From positions 6,976,001 through 7,040,000 of the forward strand of contig JASGJH010000001.1 of NCBI GenBank assembly GCA_047601445.1: 64,000 bases of DNA, read 5' to 3'. The position numbers and the translations under genes were made by a program. Of the stretch, positions 47,987 through 56,621 are shown in pieces. Below the pieces are notes generated by a model, which saw only the letters and a list, made by a program, of their open reading frames with translations, had not been told where the DNA came from and did no database searches. The stretch is from Myxococcales bacterium (GTDB taxonomy: Bacteria; Myxococcota_A; Polyangia; Polyangiales; DASUME01). The stretch's first letter is position 1, and every line of letters starts with the position of its first letter.

Positions 47987-48958
47987 TCAGCGCACACAGC
48001 GGACTCGATGCACGCTGTCGGCCGCGAACCAGGCGTCTGATCCATGTCCAAAGTCCACCGCCCAATGGAAATCGGTGAAGCGCGCCAGCGACGTCGCAGA
48101 CCAGTAGTAAGCTGACGGTTCACCCGCGAAAGCTTCCTGGTCGAGGGCCGGGCCGGCACGCGTCTCGTCTACCAGCGAATGCAGCTCCTTGAGCGTGGGC
48201 AGTCGCCAGAGCTCCTCCGCAGTAGCCAGACCCATGCAGTACGCCTCTGCGCCCGCAGCGTCGTAGGTGGAGTCGGGAGACTTCGTCTGCCAGACCAGGC
48301 GTGTTCCCGCATCACGAACGCCGTTCGATAGGGCCTTGAAGGGCGACCCTTGCGCTTGTGAGCCCCCGCGCACGCAGCGAACCGGGTGGAGTTCATCGAT
48401 GGACACCGGAAGTACGTTCGTGCCCGAGAATCCAAAGTCCACCAGCCAGGCTGTGCCTGCACGACCTGCCAGGGGCGACGCGGACCAGTAGCGGTCTGCG
48501 ACGAAGCCAGGGAACGCCTCGAGCTCGTCGCTCTCGCTGTTCTGATCGAGAGCTAGCAACGACACGAGCTCGATGCGTGCAGGGAGCCGAAACCCTCCGC
48601 CATCCACGGTGAGCGCCGCACAATAGGTCTCCGCATCCAGCCAGCTGCGTGGCGTGGAATCGGTGCCGGCTTGCCACTCGAGCTTGGTCACGTCGTCCCG
48701 GACGACGCCCTCCACCGGGCTGCTATAGGCACGTGGGTAGGAGCCCTCCGGGGTGCCGTCCGGCATGGGCCAGCGCGCCCAGGCGTAGGGCGAGGGCTGG
48801 AGTGCGAGCCCGCCGTCGGCGCTGGGGCCCTCGGCGGTCGCATGAATCAGCACGCCGGCTTCATGCTCGGGTGGATCCGGCAAGTCGATGCCGAGCATCG
48901 CGCTGCACGCGCTGGAGGCGAGCGAGATCAGCGTGATCGGGCCCCGTGCAGCACGCAT
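47987..48958 (-). CDS. DUF1566 lipoprotein with two domains (paralog of 44006-45001)
   Basis: SSAC lipobox, VRDDVTKLEWQ, FRLPARIEL, WRLPTLKEL and VRCVR twice. Confidence 0.9.
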   Translation of the reverse strand: MRAARGPITLISLASSACSAMLGIDLPDPPEHEAGVLIHATAEGPSADGGLALQPSPYAWARWPMPDGTPEGSYPRAYSSPVEGVVRDDVTKLEWQAGTDSTPRSWLDAETYCAALTVDGGGFRLPARIELVSLLALDQNSESDELEAFPGFVADRYWSASPLAGRAGTAWLVDFGFSGTNVLPVSIDELHPVRCVRGGSQAQGSPFKALSNGVRDAGTRLVWQTKSPDSTYDAAGAEAYCMGLATAEELWRLPTLKELHSLVDETRAGPALDQEAFAGEPSAYYWSATSLARFTDFHWAVDFGHGSDAWFAADSVHRVRCVR

Positions 48959-48977
48959 GGGTGAGGCCTGGGAGCGT

Positions 48978-51900
48978 CTACTCGAGGTTTTCACATTTGT
49001 CATAGGCGGGCTGCGGCTGCTTGCCGACCAGGGCGTCGCGCGAGAGGCCATCGAGATAGAGAAACACGGCAAAGCCGGCGTTCATCGCGCCGCGCAGGGT
49101 CCAGGTCTCGAAGTCGTCTTGCTTGATTCGGTTCTCCTCGGTGAGCCAGGTGCTGGGACAAATGGGCAGCGGGTTGTCGGGAGAGCGTGCGGCTTGCACT
49201 TCTTCCACGCGCGGCACGTTCTTGGGATCGGTCGGCCACATCACGCACCATGGACCCAAATTGCCAGTGGCCACACCGGTCACGCTGTTCGCGCTCACGA
49301 TGCCGCGCTCGTCGCCGACCAAGGCGTACGCGGGGTACGTTTCCGGGCGGTACCACGACGATCGTGCGTCCAGGTTGGACGGCGCGCTCTTGATCTTGAA
49401 ATCGCCATTGTCGTAGTAGATTGCGCGCACCGGCGGTCGAGTGCCCCAGGCGCACAGCTTTTGCCAGACTTCGGCGTCTGCGTTCGTCCCGATCAGTGCC
49501 GAGCCCGTGTAGTCCGTGCGCCCGCTCTGCACGTTGAAGATGGGCGCGCTGTTCAGGTTGTAGCCCAACGACTGCCCGCACAGGCTCTGCGCGATGGCCA
49601 ACATGTTGGCGGAGCCTGCCTTGGCCGGATAGTCACGCGACACCCCGAGCACGCTCACTGCGCCCACTACGTCGAGGATCGCGTTGGGGATCTGGCGCTG
49701 CGTGCCTCCGAGGCCCATCCAGGCCACGTAGCGGGCGGTCCAGTCGTCGTAGGTCAGACCCTCGGTGAGATACTTGGACAACCCGAACACGCGCTTGCGG
49801 TTTTCGCCGGGTGCCGAGGAAGGGCCGAGGATGCCCTCCTTGAAGTTGGCCACGCGGGCTTCGCCTCCGGTGAGCGACATCAAGGTGTCGGCCTGGCGCC
49901 CTCGCGAGTCGTACTTGGCGCCGTGGCAGTTGACGCAAATCTCATTGAAGACCATGGCGCCAGGGGACTGGTAGTACAGCGGATCGGTGGGCCTCGGAGT
50001 GGGGGTCTTCTTGTCGAACCACCACGGGCGCGTCTCGGGTGTCAGCGACGAGACGCGAGGGATGTCCTGATAGGTGCAGTCGTCCTTGGGCTGCCAGAGC
50101 CCGAACGGCACGGGGGTGGTCGCGAACGCGCGGAAGCCGTTGGTCAGGCGCGCCTGCTTGAGCATGCTCACCACCTTCTTCTGCTGCGGATCCGAGCCGA
50201 CTTCGCCGTCCACCAACACCGAGGCCCAATCCGTGCGCCGCGGATACCACTCGCCTGGCGTCTCGGTAATGTCCGTTAGCACCCAGTGCGCGTGATCGGG
50301 CACGCCGTCGTTCTTGAGGGAGGCGAACAGGCCGTCGACGCTCTGGTCGGAGTCGAGCTCCGCCTGCTTGCTCATGGAGGGCAGAGAGGAGTGATCGCCC
50401 GGCGTGAGCTGAGTACCGCCGACGTTCGGATCCAGGATATCGCTGGTATCGGGGCAATACTTGGTCGCGCGATCGGGGGACAGGAACAACAAGCTCAGCT
50501 CTGGGTTCTGCACCGCGAAGGTCTGGCGGTCACCCGGCGCGGTCTTGTCGATGCCGACTGCACCGCCCACGTGATAGGCAGTCAATCGTTGATCGGCGCC
50601 CGCGAGGGCATCCTGATAGCCGGGATCGCCAGGCTTGACCTCGGAATACAGCGTTTGACCTTCGGCGAGTCCGCCGGTGGACCAGTCCATTTTGAAGCAG
50701 ATCCCCGTGCAGCCCTCCGCGTCGTTCATGCGCGCCGGAATGCTGATCATCCAGTTGCCGAAGATCTCGGGCACACGGCAGTCGAAGCCCACCGAGTTCA
50801 TCGGCATGTGCGGGAACAACGCGTAGTCCTCTGCATAGGTGAAAGGACTCTCCACGTTGCGATAGATCAGGCTGCGCCAGGGCGCGACCATGTAGTAGCC
50901 ATTGAAGGCCCCGTTGCTGCCCGGGTAGCCCATCCACTTCTGCGCGTAAATCGAGCTGTTCGGCTGCTCCTCGTCGAACAGCCAGGGCACGATGTACGGA
51001 ATCTGCGATTCCTGCTTCTCGCCGCGCTTGATGCGCGGGCTCGTGCGCTCCAGAGGGAACTGGAAGACACCGCCGCTCTGTTCGTTCGGAAAGAAATCGA
51101 GTAAGTCCTTCAGCTCCGGGTTCTGCGTGGTGGGAAAGCCACGGGGGTTGTGGCAATGGGCGCAGTTCCCAAGCATGTAGCCCTGGGCCTTGAGCTCGTG
51201 GTCGTTGCGCGGCGGGCGCGCGCCCTGGGATTGTTCGAGCGTCTTGACCTCGTCAGGGCTCGAAAGGCCAGTGATGGTACCGTATTCGATCAGACGCTCG
51301 AGTTGCTCGAGCTCGTCTTCGCTGGTGTCCTCGTAGGTCCCGCCTTCGCCAGTAGCGCGCCGACGCATTTGCAGCGGTGTGAGCCCGAGCAGGAAGCTTC
51401 GGTTGTGGCTGCCCATGTGGCACTGGATACAGCGCTCGCGGCCGGGGATCGCGTAGTTCCGCATGGCGCCTGCTCTGAACAGCGCTGCCACTCTGTTGGA
51501 GGGCTCCTTGGCCACCACCTCGGCGGCTTTGACCTCGTTGGACACGTAGCTCAGCATGACGTCGCGAAACGGCTTGCCGTCGCGTAGCGCCCCCGTGACC
51601 AAGATGGCCTCGGTCTCCTCTTCGTTCCACGCATAGGTTCCGAATAGGGAGCGCGTCTCGTGGGACCCGTCCGGCTCGTCGGGCCCATCGGCGCGCACTA
51701 CGATCAGGCGGGTCTCGATCTTCTTGTAGCGCGCGTTTCCGTTCGCATCGATGACCTCTTTCATGAAGGTCTTGTACACGCGCGTGTTATCCGGGACGTC
51801 GAACTCCTGGGTCTTGGCGTCGAACGCCAGGGACTCGCCGCGCGGCAAGCGCAGATGGCGCATCTTGCGTGCGTTGTCCGAGAAGAGCGGGTAAGCGGGC

Positions 51901-52715
51901 GCGTACGAAAGCACGCCCTGGTGCGCCAGGACCTCGGAGTCGTAGCTGACGAGGTCCGTCTGATCCAAGCGACTGGGAAGCGCCGTGGCGGATGCGAAGA
52001 AGGCATCCTTGGCGTCCATGGAGCTCTCGTCGGTGGCCAGCATGGCCCGGTTCGGGAGGCAGCTGCCGATGTTGGTGAGGCTCTGGGCCACGCTCTTGCG
52101 GAGCACGTAGGTATTCGCGGGGCCTGTCGTGCTGTCGTCTCCCACGTACAAGAGATCACCGGGCGAACCGGCCTTGAACCACAGCTCGAGCAGTTGCGCG
52201 AGCTCGACCAAGGGGTCGGTCTCCGCACGTTCGGACCAGGGCTTGGCGTTCGACTGTCCTGGCGGCGGCATGTACTTGTTGGGATCCTCGGAGCGGATGC
52301 GCTCGAGGATGAGGGCCTGGCGTGAGCTGGTCGCCTCGGCGAACTCGCCTACGTCCTTGACCTGAAAATCTCCGCGGATGGTCTCCACGTGGCAGGCACC
52401 ACAAGCACCCTTGAAGAGGCCGAACAAGTTGCTCGTGAGCACCGCGCGCTGGCCGGGCTTGAGGTTCAGCACACTCACCACGTCGCGCGCAGGGACAGGC
52501 TCGGCGGACTGCACGCTGGCGCACTTGGCGACCTCGGGTCCGGGATCGGGGACCTCGGACTCGCCGTCATCCTCTCCGCCGACGCCGGCATCGAACACGC
52601 ATAGCTTGGCGTGCGCAGCGGGACGCTCGCGCGAACAACCCGCGGTCCCGGCCAGGCTCCACGAGAGCAAGAGCATCAGCGACACACGACGGAAGAGCAT
52701 TCGTGACATGACCAT
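48978..52715 (-). CDS. Large multiheme c-type cytochrome lipoprotein (4 CxxCH, SO2930-like diheme core)
   Basis: TAGC lipobox. CGACH (52389-52403), CIQCH (51417-51431), CAHCH (51150-51164) and CVNCH (49923-49937). PLFSD.A.K.R, KTF, IETRL and Y.WN...TEA motifs. Start approximate. Confidence 0.85.
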   Translation of the reverse strand: MVMSRMLFRRVSLMLLLSWSLAGTAGCSRERPAAHAKLCVFDAGVGGEDDGESEVPDPGPEVAKCASVQSAEPVPARDVVSVLNLKPGQRAVLTSNLFGLFKGACGACHVETIRGDFQVKDVGEFAEATSSRQALILERIRSEDPNKYMPPPGQSNAKPWSERAETDPLVELAQLLELWFKAGSPGDLLYVGDDSTTGPANTYVLRKSVAQSLTNIGSCLPNRAMLATDESSMDAKDAFFASATALPSRLDQTDLVSYDSEVLAHQGVLSYAPAYPLFSDNARKMRHLRLPRGESLAFDAKTQEFDVPDNTRVYKTFMKEVIDANGNARYKKIETRLIVVRADGPDEPDGSHETRSLFGTYAWNEEETEAILVTGALRDGKPFRDVMLSYVSNEVKAAEVVAKEPSNRVAALFRAGAMRNYAIPGRERCIQCHMGSHNRSFLLGLTPLQMRRRATGEGGTYEDTSEDELEQLERLIEYGTITGLSSPDEVKTLEQSQGARPPRNDHELKAQGYMLGNCAHCHNPRGFPTTQNPELKDLLDFFPNEQSGGVFQFPLERTSPRIKRGEKQESQIPYIVPWLFDEEQPNSSIYAQKWMGYPGSNGAFNGYYMVAPWRSLIYRNVESPFTYAEDYALFPHMPMNSVGFDCRVPEIFGNWMISIPARMNDAEGCTGICFKMDWSTGGLAEGQTLYSEVKPGDPGYQDALAGADQRLTAYHVGGAVGIDKTAPGDRQTFAVQNPELSLLFLSPDRATKYCPDTSDILDPNVGGTQLTPGDHSSLPSMSKQAELDSDQSVDGLFASLKNDGVPDHAHWVLTDITETPGEWYPRRTDWASVLVDGEVGSDPQQKKVVSMLKQARLTNGFRAFATTPVPFGLWQPKDDCTYQDIPRVSSLTPETRPWWFDKKTPTPRPTDPLYYQSPGAMVFNEICVNCHGAKYDSRGRQADTLMSLTGGEARVANFKEGILGPSSAPGENRKRVFGLSKYLTEGLTYDDWTARYVAWMGLGGTQRQIPNAILDVVGAVSVLGVSRDYPAKAGSANMLAIAQSLCGQSLGYNLNSAPIFNVQSGRTDYTGSALIGTNADAEVWQKLCAWGTRPPVRAIYYDNGDFKIKSAPSNLDARSSWYRPETYPAYALVGDERGIVSANSVTGVATGNLGPWCVMWPTDPKNVPRVEEVQAARSPDNPLPICPSTWLTEENRIKQDDFETWTLRGAMNAGFAVFLYLDGLSRDALVGKQPQPAYDKCENLE

Positions 52716-52807
52716 GGGATGCACGCGACCCCTGGCGTCGCTTGCCGCGACGTCAGGGGCGCTTTGGATGGACGTTTTCGAGCCCGGCGACATCCGCGAA
52801 GGAGCGG

Positions 52808-54706
52808 CTACTTTGCGAAGTAAGTGGCGTTGTCGAGCGAGATCTTGGGCGCGCTCGGGCTGTTGGCGTCGTTGCTGCAAGTCACGGCGTAGGGATCGAC
52901 GCCGGGCGCCAGTGCCAAGAAGCCGCGCTTCTCCACGGCCGCGTTCGCACGATCGGGACGACGCGAGTCCGTGTAGATGGCCTTCACGAGGTTCCACTGG
53001 GCATCGACCTGCTGCTGGGGCGTGATGGTCCCGGAGAGGGGGGCTCCCTGGTACGTGTACACGCTGGAGCTGCCGGTGCGGGATTCCGCGGACTCACCGA
53101 GGCTGTTGAAGCCCTTGAGGCTGCTCACGAACACGTAGCGCGAGAGGGCGTAGCTGCGGTCGCGGATCGTGGCGTAGTCGCTGGCGATGGGATCGTTGTT
53201 GAGGCTGAACACGCGCGGCTGGGTGACGCCCGCGGCAACCGTGTCCTTGTACACGGGCAACGCGCCGAAGCCGATGCTGTTGAGGTCGTTGGGTACGGCC
53301 GTGGTCAAGCACGCGACCTGCAGGTCCGAGGCAAGGGTCTGCGTGCAGCGCGTGGTGAACGGACGATTGCCCACGTTGGAGAGGCCGCGGTTGGTGGTGG
53401 CCAGGCGATAGAACGCGAGGGCCGGCGCGGTGGCGCTCGGCTTGATGTTGCCCGTGGCCGGATCGCGCAGAAACAGGTTGTGAACGCGCGGATCCTGCCG
53501 GCGGAACGCGGCGGGGACGCCGACGTTGCAGCAGCGCGACGCGGTGGGCAGGCCGTTGAAGGCGGTGTTGGTCTTGGCGCCCCACGCGATGGGCGTGTTG
53601 TCGCGGGTGCCGTCATCGCCGTTGAGCACGCCAAAGGCGGGCGCTGTAGAGGCCTGCGGAACCTGGCAGCCCGAGCCGAACTTCACGTTCCAGTTGAAGC
53701 GACGAGCTTCGGGAGAGTTCGGGTTCTCGAAGTGTGCGGGGACGGGGTAGCGGCAGTCGCAGCGCGTGAGATTGGAGAGCGTCGCGGGAGCTCCCGCGGC
53801 CAGGCCCGCGTATGCCGAGGCGGGCACGCCGAGGCTGGCCGACGAGGGGTCGATGGAGCTCGGACCGCCAGAGCACGCTTGGCCCTGGGCACCGGAGAAC
53901 TTTCCGAACGCAGCCGTGGAGGTACCGTTGGCGCCCGTGTAGAGATCGGGCAGGTTGTTGGAGAAGGTGGGCACCACGATGGGCAGCACCAGACCGAGCG
54001 TGCCGTCGGCCTCGGCGACCTGGTCGTTGGCGTCGGCGTAGCGACGGATCGGGTCGAGATCCTGGGCGTCGGTGCCGTTGCACCACTTCTGGTTGGTGCC
54101 GGGAATGCCTAGCAGGGCGATGAAGAGCTTGGCCGTCGCGCTCGCTTCACCGCGGCGATAGATGTGGCGGATCTGGGTGTTGGCGGGGACGCTCGAGCTG
54201 GCGAACAGGCTGCCGTAGTCAGCCGCCAAAGCGCGGCGCGCAGCGCTGTTGCAGTCCTGAGTTTGGTCGCGCAGATCATAGCCCGCGTAGAGCAGCGAGA
54301 GCGCGTTCTGCCAGGTGCCGTAGTTCGTGCCGATGGTGGGGTTGCCCTCCGGGAAGCGGTTCGGATGACCCACGTTCAAAATGCCATCGATGGCGAGCAC
54401 GATGTCTTGGGCATTGGGGTAGGTGCCGCACAGGCTGTCGCCGAGCTGCGCTGTGAAGAAGGCGATCACCTGGTTGCTGGTGGTGCTCTTCAAGGCCGTC
54501 TCGCCCGGGGTCTGACCGCCGCCCGCGTAGTCGAGGAACGAGCCGAGGTCCGCGTTGGCCGACAGCGCCGGATCCGCGAGGAACGCGGGCCGCACGACGG
54601 GCTCCCACGAGTCCGAGCCGGCCAGCCTGAGGAGCTGCGCGTCGGCCGCGAGCGGCACCGCGCTCAGCGCGGTCACCACGGAGATGAGTGATAGTCCTTT
54701 GTTCAT
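52808..54706 (-). CDS. Secreted PstS-like (type II periplasmic-binding fold) protein with large insertions
   Basis: Signal peptide, then L.LAGSDS, GGG..PGE.AL, LAIDGI, YRRGEASAT, SIGF and Y.LSRYVFV in the order expected for the PstS-like fold. No ABC permease nearby. Confidence 0.7.
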   Translation of the reverse strand: MNKGLSLISVVTALSAVPLAADAQLLRLAGSDSWEPVVRPAFLADPALSANADLGSFLDYAGGGQTPGETALKSTTSNQVIAFFTAQLGDSLCGTYPNAQDIVLAIDGILNVGHPNRFPEGNPTIGTNYGTWQNALSLLYAGYDLRDQTQDCNSAARRALAADYGSLFASSSVPANTQIRHIYRRGEASATAKLFIALLGIPGTNQKWCNGTDAQDLDPIRRYADANDQVAEADGTLGLVLPIVVPTFSNNLPDLYTGANGTSTAAFGKFSGAQGQACSGGPSSIDPSSASLGVPASAYAGLAAGAPATLSNLTRCDCRYPVPAHFENPNSPEARRFNWNVKFGSGCQVPQASTAPAFGVLNGDDGTRDNTPIAWGAKTNTAFNGLPTASRCCNVGVPAAFRRQDPRVHNLFLRDPATGNIKPSATAPALAFYRLATTNRGLSNVGNRPFTTRCTQTLASDLQVACLTTAVPNDLNSIGFGALPVYKDTVAAGVTQPRVFSLNNDPIASDYATIRDRSYALSRYVFVSSLKGFNSLGESAESRTGSSSVYTYQGAPLSGTITPQQQVDAQWNLVKAIYTDSRRPDRANAAVEKRGFLALAPGVDPYAVTCSNDANSPSAPKISLDNATYFAK

Positions 54707-54755
54707 TGCATTCCTACTCTCTGTTGAGACGTTTCCTTCGGATTGAACTCAGCGC

Positions 54756-55724
54756 CTACGGCGTCGCCACGAGCGGTGCGCGTCGCAGGCGACGAAGCGT
54801 GAACACCAGCAGCAAGAGCGCGCCGAGCCCGCCCACCGCGAGCCAGCGTGTGAGCGGCTGCTCGCCCAGCTCGTACAGGGCGCGTTGCCAGGGCGAGCTA
54901 ACCTCGGCGGTGACGCGCGCCATGACCTCGACTGCGTCTGGCTTCATGGAGCTATGCCGAGCACGCTCGACGATCTGCGCCGCCCCCGCATAGTCCTGCT
55001 CCTGCATGGCCAGCGTCCACTCGTAGCCGAGGGTCTTGGCCTGGTTGGGGGCCGTGCCGCGCAGCGTTTCGAGGCAAGCACGCAGGCGCCCCGTATCGCG
55101 CACGCGAACGCCGACGTCGCAACGCAGCTGCGCCACGAGCGTCGGATCCACCTTCGCCTGCTCGAGATGCTTCAGCACCGCATCGAGGTCGTTCAGGCGC
55201 GAGGTCGGCACGGCTCCCGGCTGAACCAACGCCAGGCGCACGTAGCGCATGTAGTCGTCCACCACCACGCCGGGCTTGGTCAAGGCCATGGCGCAGGCCG
55301 AAAGACCGCGCGCCTTGTCGTCGCCCTCTTCGTAGGCCTGGCAGAGCTTCGAGAAGCCTGCCGCGACGCCAGGGACCGCCAGTGTGATCGCACGCAGATA
55401 CTTGGCGGCTTGCGCATGATCTCCGCGTTGACTCGCGCGGTCGGAGCGCTCTGCAAGTTCCATCAGATAGTTCGCGAAATCGATCGGGGCCGCGTTGCGC
55501 TCGGCCTCGCTCGGCACGGCGATCTCGGCCGCGCCGTCGTCGATGGGGAAACCGGTCACGAACAGCGAGTCGCCCATCCGCCGGGCCTCTTCGGGAGACT
55601 CCGTGGGCAGGATCTGGGCGTTTTGGGCGCCCGACGAACTCGCTGACCACGCCTGGCAGAGCACGAGTAGCGGCAACAGAAGAGACCGCCAACGACGAAC
55701 ATCGATCGAACTGCGCTTGAACAT
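54756..55724 (-). CDS. Exported TPR-like helical protein with C-terminal membrane anchor
   Basis: Signal peptide, helical repeats with Cys and a C-terminal TM followed by RRLRR. Confidence 0.75.
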   Translation of the reverse strand: MFKRSSIDVRRWRSLLLPLLVLCQAWSASSSGAQNAQILPTESPEEARRMGDSLFVTGFPIDDGAAEIAVPSEAERNAAPIDFANYLMELAERSDRASQRGDHAQAAKYLRAITLAVPGVAAGFSKLCQAYEEGDDKARGLSACAMALTKPGVVVDDYMRYVRLALVQPGAVPTSRLNDLDAVLKHLEQAKVDPTLVAQLRCDVGVRVRDTGRLRACLETLRGTAPNQAKTLGYEWTLAMQEQDYAGAAQIVERARHSSMKPDAVEVMARVTAEVSSPWQRALYELGEQPLTRWLAVGGLGALLLLVFTLRRLRRAPLVATP

Positions 55725-55740
55725 CGTGACATCACCTCAT

Positions 55741-56508
55741 TCAGAAGAAGCACTGCGTGGGGCAGAAGATTCCATCACCTTCGATCACCATCTCGGCGAG
55801 CCCGATCGGGTAGGTCGGATCCAAAAAGCGGTTCTGCACTTCTTTGATGCCGTCCATTTCGGCCTCCGAGGCCGCGGTGATCTCGCGCACACAGGCGCCA
55901 GCCGCGTCTGCGAGCGGTGTCGTCAAGCACGTGGTGGACTCCACGCCGGGGCCGCAGAGGCAATCGGTGAGGTACACCGTTCCGCTCTCGTCGGGTTTGG
56001 TGCATCCAGTGCGCCAAATGCACTTGAGCAGGTCAGTGCAGAGCACCGAGCGCTTGCGCCCGGCTCCGATGCCCATTTCAGCCTTGCCTTCCATGGCGAG
56101 GCACGCCGCGCGCGCGTGATAGTAGGCGCTCTCGGGATTGATCGTCTCTTCGCAGGACGCGCACTCGAGGGGATCGCCGAACGGTCCCTTGGTGGGGTCG
56201 TTCCCTGCGTCCGATCCGGCGTCGTCCTCGGACTGCGACGCGTCGATAGCAGAAAGCCACGATCCACCGGTGCCGCCGTCGAAGAACTCGTCGGAGACCA
56301 CGTCGGCATCCACCTCGGGGCTGGCGGCATCGCCCGCATCCGGCTTGCCCGCGTCCAGTCCGCCCGCATCGCTCGGCGGGAAGACACAGAGGGCTTGATT
56401 CGGACCTGCCATGGGTTCTGCACCACAGCCCAGGGCGAGCAGAGCCAGCCCGCTGCCGAGGCGCGCGACGCGAAGCGTGAAGAGGTGCCGGTTTCCATGA
56501 AGGGTCAT
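55741..56508 (-). CDS. Lipoprotein with a 12-Cys C-terminal domain (paralog of the upstream gene)
   Basis: ALGC lipobox, DAG-rich linker and C..CE...C...GC...DC.CG.GVE.TTC...G.C...NRF.DPTY.IG.A. Confidence 0.8.
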   Translation of the reverse strand: MTLHGNRHLFTLRVARLGSGLALLALGCGAEPMAGPNQALCVFPPSDAGGLDAGKPDAGDAASPEVDADVVSDEFFDGGTGGSWLSAIDASQSEDDAGSDAGNDPTKGPFGDPLECASCEETINPESAYYHARAACLAMEGKAEMGIGAGRKRSVLCTDLLKCIWRTGCTKPDESGTVYLTDCLCGPGVESTTCLTTPLADAAGACVREITAASEAEMDGIKEVQNRFLDPTYPIGLAEMVIEGDGIFCPTQCFF

Positions 56509-56538
56509 CGGGAACAGAGGTGCCAAGCGGTGTTGGAG

Positions 56539-56610
56539 CTTCTCGCAAGGGGCCTTCCGGGGAAGGAAGGTCGCTCGCGAGAAGGCGCGACGCCATAGAT
56601 GACGTCGCGC
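56539..56610 (-). terminator. Two tandem stem-loops after the first operon gene
   Basis: GCGCGACG...CGTCGCGC (56585-56610) and CTTCTCGC...CCTTCC/GGAAGG...GCGAGAAG (56539-56584). No U-tract. Confidence 0.5.
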
Positions 56611-56621
56611 TCAGGTATCGC

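Noticed and set aside
44006..48958. Diversity-generating retroelement targeting the DUF1566 genes
   Set aside because: No reverse transcriptase and no near-identical template/variable repeat pair differing at adenines in this window. A remote DGR cannot be excluded.
52808..54706. Phosphate ABC transporter (pstSCAB)
   Set aside because: No permease or ATPase genes, and the phosphate-binding motifs are altered.
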